The notes below the pieces were generated by a model that saw only the letters and a list, made by a program, of their open reading frames with translations, was not told the origin of the DNA and did not search any database. DNA of 64,000 nucleotides, taken from assembly GCA_963668645.2 (NCBI GenBank), contig CAXXWC010000001.1:352001-416000 (forward strand). Reading direction: 5' to 3'. The translations under genes were made by a program, and so were the position numbers. The stretch is from Desulfobacterales bacterium. Lineage in GTDB: Bacteria; Desulfobacterota; Desulfobacteria; Desulfobacterales; UBA2174. Positions 10,899 to 19,479 of this stretch are shown here, in pieces (position 1 is the first letter of the stretch; every line of letters starts with the position of its first letter).

Positions 10899-10927
10899 AT
10901 TTTATATTAGGCCCTGCAAATTTTCAA
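10899..10927 (-). promoter_or_regulatory. Sigma70-like promoter of tRNA-Leu
   Basis: TTGAAA-17 nt-TAAAAT on the minus strand, about 40 nt upstream of the tRNA. Confidence 0.65.
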
Positions 10928-11359
10928 CGGATGATTCCGTCGTTCATTCAAATCAGGCAATTCCTATATCCCAACCGGCCTTAAATTTGAACAAAAATCA
11001 ACGCGCCAGGTGCATCAGGATCTTTGCACAAACCGCCACATCCTTTCGCCGGTCCGAAACGCCGCCGTGTTCAGTCTCCAAGAGAACAGCACCGTGGCCG
11101 GAATCACGCCGATCACGCCCGAAAACCTGCCAGCCGCCAGGTTCTTTGCGACCTGACGCCACCATTTTGGTTTCATCAAGATTTGGAGACCGGACGCTCA
11201 TTTTTTTCTCTGCCCTGCCCGAGATGTTCACCTTGTTTGCGACCGGAGCCGGAATCTGAGGCACTTGTTTCGCGAGGGATCTGACTATATGTTGAAAATT
11301 ACGGTTACCGGTGACCGGAACCTGAAAGCTGTGGTTTTCTCGGCCCAAGGGAGGTGCGC

Positions 11360-12067
11360 ATGAATCAGATTAAAAGTTTGTTCTTCGATGTTGGCGGAAC
11401 GGTCTTCGACTGGAAAAACACGGCCCGCGAGCAGATCGGCCTGCTGGTCGCACAAAAGGGGGAGACCATCGACGCCGGGGCGTTCGCCGACGACTGGCGC
11501 CGGGAGATGTTCAAAATCCACAACCAGGTGCGCCAGGGCAACCTGCCCTGGATCAACTCGGATGCCATGCACCTGCGGGCCCTCGACCACCTGTCCGGCA
11601 CCTACCCGTTGCTGGCCGCCGTGGATCGTGCGGCACTCGTCCGTTCGACCTGGCATCGCCTCAAGGCCTTCGACGGCGCTGAGGCTGCCATCGAACGGCT
11701 GCGCAGCCGGTACATCGTGGTCGTGCTCACCATTTTAAGCTGGGAAAGCATCGTCGCCAGCTCGAAGGCGGCCGGTGTCCAGTGGGACGGCATTTTATCC
11801 TGTGAGTTCCTCGGCTACTACAAGCCTTCGCTGCAGGCCTACCTCAAGGCGGTGGACCTGCTGGGGCTCAAGGCCCGGGAGGCCATGATGGTCGCCGCCC
11901 ATGAGGGTGACTTGGCCGCGGCCCGGGCTGCGGGGCTTCACACGGCTCTGGTCGCCGTTCCTGAAACGGATCAAGTCAGCGCCGGATTCGACGTCGCCGA
12001 GGACGCGGCCGATTTCGATATCGAGGCCCCGGATTTCGAATCCCTCTGCCGCCAGCTCGGGGTTTGA
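11360..12067 (+). CDS. Haloacid dehalogenase type II-like HAD hydrolase
   Basis: FFDVGGTVFDW, YKPS, MMVAAHEGDL; GGAGG before ATG 11360. Confidence 0.85.
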   Translation: MNQIKSLFFDVGGTVFDWKNTAREQIGLLVAQKGETIDAGAFADDWRREMFKIHNQVRQGNLPWINSDAMHLRALDHLSGTYPLLAAVDRAALVRSTWHRLKAFDGAEAAIERLRSRYIVVVLTILSWESIVASSKAAGVQWDGILSCEFLGYYKPSLQAYLKAVDLLGLKAREAMMVAAHEGDLAAARAAGLHTALVAVPETDQVSAGFDVAEDAADFDIEAPDFESLCRQLGV

Positions 12068-12145
12068 CGATGAGCACGGCTCAGCCGGGTCCCTGGCGTG
12101 CCCGCCATCTTCTAAAGGGGCCCAGGATCTCTTCCAGGACCGGGA

Positions 12146-12538
12146 TCAGAGGTCGATTTCCCCTTTTTTAAGCATCTGGACAAACGGCAAATCGGCAGGC
12201 GCAAACGCATAGCCATCCAGTTCATCGGGCAGGACCCAGCGCATCTCTGCATGGTCTTTGAGCACCAGCCTTGCCGAAAGCAGCTCAACCCTGAAGGCCG
12301 TCAACTCGATGGTGCCGAAATCGTAGCGATGGATGTTGGTGCCAATTTTTGCACCGACCCGGACATCGGCCTCAAATTCCTCCCCAAGCTCCCGGCGCAG
12401 GCACTGGCGCGGGGTCTCACCGGGCTCGATTTTGCCGCCGGGAAACTCCCAGAGACCGGCGAGCCGCGCGGTCGATTTGCGCTTGGCAATGAAAATCTTG
12501 CCCCCATCGCTGATGATGGCTGCGGTGACTCGGACCAT
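12146..12538 (-). CDS. NUDIX hydrolase, MutT/NudG-like (d)NTP pyrophosphohydrolase
   Basis: WEFPGGKIEPGETPRQCLRRELGEE Nudix box and FAPAD. Confidence 0.9.
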   Translation of the reverse strand: MVRVTAAIISDGGKIFIAKRKSTARLAGLWEFPGGKIEPGETPRQCLRRELGEEFEADVRVGAKIGTNIHRYDFGTIELTAFRVELLSARLVLKDHAEMRWVLPDELDGYAFAPADLPFVQMLKKGEIDL

Positions 12539-13005
12539 AAGCTGTCACGTCTCCTTCATGCCGGCCCTGTTTGTCCGCGCCGGACCGGGGTGGTGTTCCA
12601 ACGCCTTTTATTCACGATGGGTGATAGTGCCTGCCAGGGTGCCGGGCGAAGCCGCCTTGCAGGTTCCTTCCAAGGGGCAGGCAACCAGAATGAGGTACCG
12701 GAACACCGGGCAACCCCCAATGATGGCGGCCATGTCCTTGTCCTGTCGAGATCCTGCGGTCGGTGTCTATGGAGGTGGTTGGGAAGCCTGTGGGATCCAA
12801 CACATCGAAACCGGCCATCGGGTGATGCTCCTGGTAAAAGGCATGGTTCGTGCGTTTCACCTGCAGACCCCATTGCCTGCGACAAACTGAGGCGCTTTGG
12901 GCGCACGCTTAAACTACTTGGCGCACGCTTGTCAATGGAGATGAAATCCGGCGACTGCCGCCTGCAAGTCTTGGGTCCGGTCGGCGGAACCGGCCCACCC
13001 TTTTC

Positions 13006-13470
13006 CTACTTTCGAGCAAAAGGCCCGTCAGGGATGTAGCCGAGCATCTTTTCCACCAGCGGCTTGATCAGGGATTCGCTGGCGGTCGGTTTGTCAATTT
13101 CCACGTCCACCTTGCTGCCATGGTATTTGAAGTTCACCCTCAACTGAAGGATGACCAGGGCGGCCGCGATGAGGCCGATGGTGGCCCCGGCGTCGAAGGA
13201 TCGCGTTTGCGGGTCTTCCATGTAAACGACTATCCGCTGGGCAGCCCCGGGCGATTCGGCCGCCAGTGCCAGCGCCATCCTGGCGATGTCGCCTTCCGAG
13301 GCCGGGGTCCTTTCCGGCTCGGCCCCCAAGGCTTCCTTGAGTGCCTCTTTGATCTCCGGGCGCCACGCGGTTTCATAGCCATCCATGTTGGCCAGGGCCG
13401 CTGAAAGCTGCTTGAGAAGGCCCAAGGCCTGCCGGTCGCTCAGTTGTTCGATCCTGACCTTGAGGTCCAC
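13006..13470 (-). CDS. 154-aa hypothetical protein with one hydrophobic helix, coupled to the CHAT gene
   Basis: GTG start 5 nt after the CHAT gene stop, GGAG RBS adjoining that stop; hydrophobic segment FDAGATIGLIAAALVILQL. Confidence 0.8.
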   Translation of the reverse strand: MDLKVRIEQLSDRQALGLLKQLSAALANMDGYETAWRPEIKEALKEALGAEPERTPASEGDIARMALALAAESPGAAQRIVVYMEDPQTRSFDAGATIGLIAAALVILQLRVNFKYHGSKVDVEIDKPTASESLIKPLVEKMLGYIPDGPFARK

Positions 13471-13475
13471 TGTAC

Positions 13476-16400
13476 TTACTCCCGATTCTGGTCAGATAGC
13501 TGTTTTTCGATTGTCGCTCTTGCCTTGTCCCATTCGCCGAGGCCGGCCCTGTTAAACAGCCCGGCAAGCTCTTGGCCAACCTCTTTGGGGGCCGCCTTCC
13601 ATGTTCGGTAGAAGCCTAATACCGCCGTTTGCGCGCTATGAGAATCAATTGTTTTCGTAAAAAGGGCTATGGCCTTGATGGAGTAATCACCTGATACGAG
13701 CCAACGCCCCTGGTGTCGGAAAATCAAGCCGAGTTGGTGATAAGTGATCGCGGCGCCGTGCTCGTTGCCTTGCTTTTCTTCAATCTCGAGGGATTTTCGA
13801 TACCATTTTTCAGCGGCGTCCAAATCGCGCCGCTCTTGGGCGATGCTCCCGAGTTGGTGATAAGTGCTCGCGGCGCCGTGCTCGTTGCCTTGCTTTTCAG
13901 ATATCTCGAGGGATTTTCGATACCATTTTTCAGCGGCGTCCAAATCGCGCCGCTCTTCAGCGATTCTCCCGAGTTGGTGATAAGTGCTCGCGGCGCCGTG
14001 CTCGTTGCCTTGCTTTTCAGATATCTCGAGGGATTTTCGATACCATTTTTCAGCGGCGTCCAAATCGCGCCGCTCTTGGGCGATTCTCCCGAGTTGGTGA
14101 TAAGTGCTCGCGGCGCCGTGCTCGTTGCCTTGCTTTTCCTTGATCTCGAGGGATTTTCGATACCATTTTTCAGCGGCGTCCAAATCGCGCCGCTCTTCAG
14201 CGATGCTCCCGAGTTGGTGATACGTGATCGCGGCGCCGTGCTCGTTGCCTTGCTTTTCCTTGATCTCGAGGGATTTTCGATACCATTTTTCAGCGGCGTC
14301 CAAATCGCGCCGCTCTTCAGCGATGCTCCCGAGTTGGTGAAAGGCGCCGGCCCTCGCTTCGTCGTTTTTCGTTGCGAAGGGTGTCTCGGACAACCTCTCG
14401 AACAGAATATGAGCCGGGTCGTAGTTGTGGGTATTCTGGGCATAGGCGGCCAGGGCCTGCAGCAGATGGAATTCCTCCTCGTGCATCTCCGAACGCGCCG
14501 CCATCTCCAGTGCACGGGAAAAATTGGCGCCGTTAAGAAAGAACACCGTACGCTGCTCGTGGGCCTCCTTCGCCGCATATTCGCCGGCCAAATGGGCCAT
14601 CACCGTTACGAAGGCCCTTTGCCAATCATCGGCGCCTTTGGGCGCTGCCGCCTGCCGGGCGCGAAGATACGTCCCCAGGGCCGGGTGCATCTCGTACACG
14701 CCCCATTCGGCGAATCGCAGCCGCAACAATCCCATACCGGACAGCGCCCGGCAGAACGACTCGATCCGGCCCCTGTCCCACGGCTGTTCGGCGGCCTTGG
14801 TGATGCTCTCCAGATAATCGATATCCACGAACCGCTCGTGGCAGGCCAGCGGGACGAGCAGGGGCCGCAGGTCGGCGGCCAGCATCTCCTCGGCCATGCG
14901 CAAGGTGGCGAAGAACCGCTCGGCTCCCCGGTCGTTCACCGCCCCAAGGCCGGCGAGACTCGAATCGTAGAGCTTGAGCAACGCCCCCGGGGTCCGGTCC
15001 TCGATCATCGGCAGCACCACCTGCATGGCCAGCGGATGGCCCCCGAGCCGGTCCACCAGATCCGACAACGCCTTGTCGGCGCGGTCCACGCTCAATCCCA
15101 GGTCGGTGATCACCCGGTCGAGAAACTCCCAGCGTTCCTCGCCGTCCAGGCCCCCCACGTCCACCTTGACCCGGTTCTCCCGGCCCAGCCAGCTCTCGTT
15201 GCTGCGGCTGGTGATGATCACCTTGGTCCGCGAACCTTTGATCCCTTCCACGAATCGGCGCAGCAGCGAAAACTGTCCCTCGGCGAGGCTGGCCTTGATC
15301 CCTGTCCCCTCGATCCCCGCAGCCAGCTCGAAGTTGTCCCAGACGATCACGAAGGGATGCTCCCGGAACACCCGCACGAGCAGGTCCACCTTGGCCTCCG
15401 CGTTCAGCATTAAAAACCGATCGCCGAGCATGGCTCCCATCCGGTTGAGCATGTGATCGGCCGTGCGGATGTCCTCGCTAAAACGGATCCAGATGCACCC
15501 CATGCCGAGGCCCTCGGTGTCGTGCAGCCACTTGACGAAACCCTGGGCCAGGGTGGTCTTACCCACGCCGCCCAGCCCGTGGATCAGAATCCCACCGGGC
15601 CGGCGCCGCATGGCCCGTTCCAGGTCCAGCAGCAGACCGTCGCGGCCGATGAACCCGTAAGGCCCCTGCTCGCGCGCTTCCTCGGGTAGCTGAATCCGTT
15701 TTTCATCCTCCGCCTTTGCGGTGCCGTGCTCGCCCAGAAAATCGAAATCGAACGGCTCCTGCTGGTAGGCCACCGGCACCAGCCAGTCCTGCAACGGGTA
15801 CGGCCCCCGTCGCGAGACGCGCTCGGGCCGTGCGTACATCTGCTGCCGGCCCCGGCGGACCGCCTCGGTCGCCTTGCCCGTGGCGAATAGCTGCCGGTAA
15901 AACTCCGGCAAAAACTGCTGCGCCCCGCTCACATAAAGCGAGTAGGCCATCGCCACCACGTTGCGGATGCCCGCCCGCAGCAGGCTCGCGGCCACCGACG
16001 CGAACGGGTCCTGGGCGGCCGCGTCCACCATGGCGCTCTGGCAGGCGTTGAGCACCACCGTGGGCACCGCGTGCTCGCGCAAAAGATCGCTGAGCTTCTG
16101 GGCCTCGATCGGATCGGGCTTGCCGTCCTCATCCTCGAACACCAGGTGTCCCTGGGGTGAGGCCTGGAGCGCGTGCGGGCTGACCGTCACCTCCGGCCCG
16201 CCGCCATCCCGCCGCACCCCGTACGCCCCGTGCCCGTCGAAATGCAGGATATGGTAGTACCCCGGCCTTTCCTGAAGATGCTCCCGCAGCCGCGCCAGGG
16301 TCGGCGGCCGCAGCAGGTGGACCCGGGCCGGAAGGTCCCTTTCCCCGATCAGCTCCACCAGCCGCCGCGATATGGATCGAAAACGCACGTCCCCTTCGTA

Positions 16401-16919
16401 CGGCCGCGCCGTCACCAGCAGGATGTTCACCCGGTCGTGCGGCAGACCCACCGGCACCGCCACCGGGTCCGGCGCAGCGTCGATACGCCGCTCCACACGG
16501 CAGGCATGGCCCAGCTTGCACCCGGCCGTGGGATCGGACAGCGCCTCCCACGGCCAGGCCAGCACCGCCGGATCGTTGCTGCGCACCTGCACCGTCAGTT
16601 CCCGGTGGCCCGCGCCGGTGGCGCCGTCGAAAAACGCCCCGCACTCGCGGTTGTCGAACAGCGCGTTGAACGCCGCCCCGCCCCAGGCCGCGAGCGCGTC
16701 AAGCACCCGTTCGGCCGTGTACGTGTCCGGATCGAAGGGATAGTCCAGGAACTTCTCCAGGTACCAGCCGAGATCTTGCATCAGGTCGCTGCCCGGGCGC
16801 CCCTCCACCGGGTAGCCGTAGGGCGAGGGAACCTCGAACGGACCCAGCGTGCGGCCGTCGGGCATGCGGGTGACGTTGAACTTCGTGCCGTCCAAATGGC
16901 GGATCGTCAGTGCCGGCAT
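13476..16919 (-). CDS. CHAT (caspase-like) protease - STAND/NB-ARC-like NTPase - TPR repeat protein
   Basis: CHAT motifs WPWEAL, ILHFDGHG (His), VVLNACQS (Cys), VAMAYS; Walker A GLGGVGKTT; Walker B VIVWDNFE; VIITSR; LGGHPLA; EMHP; 40-aa TPR units. GGAGG before ATG 16919. Confidence 0.92.
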   Translation of the reverse strand: MPALTIRHLDGTKFNVTRMPDGRTLGPFEVPSPYGYPVEGRPGSDLMQDLGWYLEKFLDYPFDPDTYTAERVLDALAAWGGAAFNALFDNRECGAFFDGATGAGHRELTVQVRSNDPAVLAWPWEALSDPTAGCKLGHACRVERRIDAAPDPVAVPVGLPHDRVNILLVTARPYEGDVRFRSISRRLVELIGERDLPARVHLLRPPTLARLREHLQERPGYYHILHFDGHGAYGVRRDGGGPEVTVSPHALQASPQGHLVFEDEDGKPDPIEAQKLSDLLREHAVPTVVLNACQSAMVDAAAQDPFASVAASLLRAGIRNVVAMAYSLYVSGAQQFLPEFYRQLFATGKATEAVRRGRQQMYARPERVSRRGPYPLQDWLVPVAYQQEPFDFDFLGEHGTAKAEDEKRIQLPEEAREQGPYGFIGRDGLLLDLERAMRRRPGGILIHGLGGVGKTTLAQGFVKWLHDTEGLGMGCIWIRFSEDIRTADHMLNRMGAMLGDRFLMLNAEAKVDLLVRVFREHPFVIVWDNFELAAGIEGTGIKASLAEGQFSLLRRFVEGIKGSRTKVIITSRSNESWLGRENRVKVDVGGLDGEERWEFLDRVITDLGLSVDRADKALSDLVDRLGGHPLAMQVVLPMIEDRTPGALLKLYDSSLAGLGAVNDRGAERFFATLRMAEEMLAADLRPLLVPLACHERFVDIDYLESITKAAEQPWDRGRIESFCRALSGMGLLRLRFAEWGVYEMHPALGTYLRARQAAAPKGADDWQRAFVTVMAHLAGEYAAKEAHEQRTVFFLNGANFSRALEMAARSEMHEEEFHLLQALAAYAQNTHNYDPAHILFERLSETPFATKNDEARAGAFHQLGSIAEERRDLDAAEKWYRKSLEIKEKQGNEHGAAITYHQLGSIAEERRDLDAAEKWYRKSLEIKEKQGNEHGAASTYHQLGRIAQERRDLDAAEKWYRKSLEISEKQGNEHGAASTYHQLGRIAEERRDLDAAEKWYRKSLEISEKQGNEHGAASTYHQLGSIAQERRDLDAAEKWYRKSLEIEEKQGNEHGAAITYHQLGLIFRHQGRWLVSGDYSIKAIALFTKTIDSHSAQTAVLGFYRTWKAAPKEVGQELAGLFNRAGLGEWDKARATIEKQLSDQNRE
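13729..14340 (-). repeat. Five tandem 120-bp intragenic repeats encoding 40-aa TPR units
   Basis: Lines recur every 120 nt; by manual alignment only 9 of 120 positions vary. Confidence 0.97.
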
Positions 16920-17243
16920 CAAGCCCTCCAATCTTCGCTTGTTGATTCGAGAGGCGACTATGTTCGGAAATTTCAAGCAGGAAAGAATTTATTAAAGGCT
17001 GTAGCCAGGACTGTCAAACGATTTATCCATTCCTCAAAAACCCATCACCGGCTGGCTGATCGGATCTACCCTGTCATCGTACTTTCCCCACTCGCTTCAA
17101 GTTTTCGCACGCCGGGTCGAGAGGCTTCCACCACTCCTGTATCTGCCACTGACCCGCCAAGGGACCATTCCCCCCGGATGGACTTACCTCGTTTTCCTGG
17201 CTGCATGTTGGGGATAAAGTTGGGTACGCGTTTTTTTGACACG

Positions 17244-17278
17244 AAAAAAAGGGGCTACGATTTTCATCGTAGCCCCTT
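17244..17278 (-). terminator. Terminator hairpin following the displaced tRNA-Cys 3' end
   Basis: AAGGGGCTACGA / TCGTAGCCCCTT stem; A7 on + gives T7 on -. Confidence 0.8.
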
Positions 17279-17286
17279 GATTTTGC

Positions 17287-17336
17287 TTGGAGGCGGCATC
17301 CGGATTTGAACCGGAGAATAACGGCTTTGCAGGCCG
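17287..17336. repeat. att site: 50-bp duplication of the tRNA-Cys 3' half
   Basis: Identical to 28690-28739 (TTGGAGGCGGCATCCGGATTTGAACCGGAGAATAACGGCTTTGCAGGCCG). Confidence 0.95.
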
Positions 17337-17452
17337 TTTCTTTTTATTACTACTCAATTCCTGCTTTTTACCTTAAGCCTATTTTTTTAAGTAATTACAG
17401 CTTGACATGATTAACCTTGACAGACTTCATTTTACCTCTAATATGGTTCCAG

Positions 17453-17476
17453 GTGTGGGGACCTGTGTGGGGACCT
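17453..17476. promoter_or_regulatory. Putative integrase arm-type sites: GTGTGGGGACCT x2
   Basis: Perfect 12-bp tandem repeat; related pair at 28608-28631 near the other att. Confidence 0.6.
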
Positions 17477-17498
17477 TGAAATTAAGGGGGATCGGTCA

Positions 17499-18686
17499 AT
17501 GGCGAAATACAAGAGACAGGAAACTGGCAAAGATGGTGTTTTTTTCATCACAGGAAAAGGTGCCAGAGGAAAACCCGAGAAAATTTATTACATTCGTTAT
17601 CGACGTAACGGGAAAATGGTGGAAGAAAAGGCCGGACGGCAATATCGCGACAACATGACACCGGCTAGAGCGGCGCTTATCCGGGCAAAACGTATCGAAG
17701 GGGATGAGTTATCGAATCAGGCCCGACGGCAAGCCAAACGGGCGGCCAAGGAAGCCGAGGCCGGCAAGTGGACCATTGACCGCCTATGGGTCGAATACAA
17801 ATCACAACGGCCATGGACCCGATCCGTCAAAGTGGACGATAACCGTTACCAGAACCACCTAAAGGCCCCCTTTGGCACCAAGGAGCCGGCTGAATTGATA
17901 CAACTGGATATCGACCGGCTACGGATCAACCTGTTGAAGAAGCGGAGCCCCCAAACCGTCAAGCACGTTATGGCCCTGTTGCGGCGGATTTGCCGTTTCG
18001 GTTCGAAAAAGGGGTTGACCCCTGCCCTGCCCTTCTCAATCGAAATGCCTAAGGTGGACAACGAGGTCACCGAAGATTTAAGCCCTGAGCAGCTTCAAAG
18101 GCTGCTGGCCGTGATAGACGCCTATCCGGATATCCAGGCGCAGGGAATCATGCGGATGGCGCTTTACACCGGGATGAGGGCGTCAGAAATCTTTCATCTT
18201 GAATGGTCTGACCTGGACTTCGAGCGGGGCTTTATCACCATACGCAACCCCAAAGGCGGCCGGGACCAAAAGATTCCGATGAATGACGCGGCCCGCGATC
18301 TTCTGAAGGAGCATCCCAGGTACCGGGCGAACCGGGGCAAGGGGCCAGAAAGTCCGTTTGTTTTTCCTGGAAAAGGCGGCCGGCGCCGGACCACGATTCA
18401 ACGGCTGTCAACCGATATCCGGGAAAAAGCCGGCTTGCCGAAGGACTTCAGACCGATGCATGGGTTACGGCACGTTTTCGCGTCAATGCTGGCATCAAGC
18501 GGTAAGGTTGACCTTTTCACCCTGCAAAAGCTGCTGACCCACAAAAGCCCGTCAATGACCCTGCGCTATGCCCACCTGCGCGATGAGGCCCTACGGGCAG
18601 CTTCGAGCGTTGCAGGCGATATCGTTACTGAGGCAGCCGCAAAGGTTGGGGAAGTGATTGACATGAAGGGACGGGGAGCGAAATAA
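17499..18686 (+). CDS. int: Tyrosine recombinase / phage integrase
   Basis: TGMRASE, HGLRH, LTHK, RYAH catalytic motifs; adjacent to att. Confidence 0.95.
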   Translation: MAKYKRQETGKDGVFFITGKGARGKPEKIYYIRYRRNGKMVEEKAGRQYRDNMTPARAALIRAKRIEGDELSNQARRQAKRAAKEAEAGKWTIDRLWVEYKSQRPWTRSVKVDDNRYQNHLKAPFGTKEPAELIQLDIDRLRINLLKKRSPQTVKHVMALLRRICRFGSKKGLTPALPFSIEMPKVDNEVTEDLSPEQLQRLLAVIDAYPDIQAQGIMRMALYTGMRASEIFHLEWSDLDFERGFITIRNPKGGRDQKIPMNDAARDLLKEHPRYRANRGKGPESPFVFPGKGGRRRTTIQRLSTDIREKAGLPKDFRPMHGLRHVFASMLASSGKVDLFTLQKLLTHKSPSMTLRYAHLRDEALRAASSVAGDIVTEAAAKVGEVIDMKGRGAK

Positions 18687-18687
18687 A

Positions 18688-19239
18688 ATGAAACCTGAAT
18701 TTCTTTCAACAGCGGAACTGATGCGGCGATGGGGGACCGAACAAGAACGGTCAATCCTTCATGCAATCGAAAACGGCTTGCCGGTTTATGAAGAAACGCC
18801 CGATGTCGGCCTAATCGGACTTGAAGAGCTTGCCCCGGCGGATGTTGTGGAGCGTTATAACTTCAACGGTAAAGATATCTGCAAACCAATCAACTTTCTT
18901 CGCTTGATATTCAAGATCGAAGACGTTGAACGGTTCGAGACCGAAAACGATGAATCACCCCTTGATGACAATGTAACCAAGGCACAGCACAAGAAATTGA
19001 AAAACGACTATCAAAAGCTAAAGGGGCGATTTGAAATAGCGCTGGATGTTGCCACTACCCTATCGTTCAGTATCGCTATAAGATACGAACTAACCGGAGC
19101 GAAAATAACGAATAAACAATTTGTCGAATGGGGGGAAGAATGGTTTCCAGACGCCCCTAAACAGATATTCAAAGATCTTTGGAAAATGGTCCCGAAAAGG
19201 TACAAGGACATCCCGGAAACCGACGAAAAAGACGTTTAA
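18688..19239 (+). CDS. Hypothetical protein coupled to the integrase
   Basis: Starts 1 nt after the int stop; 183-aa open frame, AT-richer than host genes; N-terminal FLSTAELMRRWG resembles an HTH start. Confidence 0.65.
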   Translation: MKPEFLSTAELMRRWGTEQERSILHAIENGLPVYEETPDVGLIGLEELAPADVVERYNFNGKDICKPINFLRLIFKIEDVERFETENDESPLDDNVTKAQHKKLKNDYQKLKGRFEIALDVATTLSFSIAIRYELTGAKITNKQFVEWGEEWFPDAPKQIFKDLWKMVPKRYKDIPETDEKDV

Positions 19240-19296
19240 CCCCTTCGCTCATTGACCACCTAAAACAAACTTCAAAATTTTTTCGACTTTTTCCTT

Positions 19297-19333
19297 AAAG
19301 CCGCGACCCACAAGGGTTTGCGGCTTTTATTTT
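19297..19333 (+). terminator. Terminator after the int operon
   Basis: AAAGCCGC..GCGGCTTT stem followed by a T-rich tract. Confidence 0.6.
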
Positions 19334-19479
19334 ACCCCTTCGGCCATTGAACCCGTCAATTACCGAAGCCCCCTACCCTGCTTGCCGATGCTTGACAGTG
19401 GGTAAATGTGGGGTGGAATATTGGCGCAAAAGTAAGGCAAGCGATGAACAAATTTGCACCGACCGAAAGGGGGAACAAG

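Noticed and set aside
12556..12906. Short ORFs between the NUDIX gene and the CHAT partner
   Set aside because: No recognisable motifs or convincing RBS in any frame
10930..13000. Third tRNA-Cys att copy marking the far end of the older island
   Set aside because: Searched by eye; only a weak TGGAGG..GG match near 12770, not enough to call
13729..14340. 120-bp repeats as a CRISPR array
   Set aside because: Units are contiguous and in frame, have no unique spacers and encode TPRs; no cas genes in the window
13729..14340. Diversity-generating retroelement template/variable repeats
   Set aside because: No reverse transcriptase in the window and the differences are not adenine-specific
17287..17336. 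Second tRNA-Cys gene
   Set aside because: Only the 3' 50 nt are present; the D-arm and 5' acceptor strand are missing, so it is an att duplication
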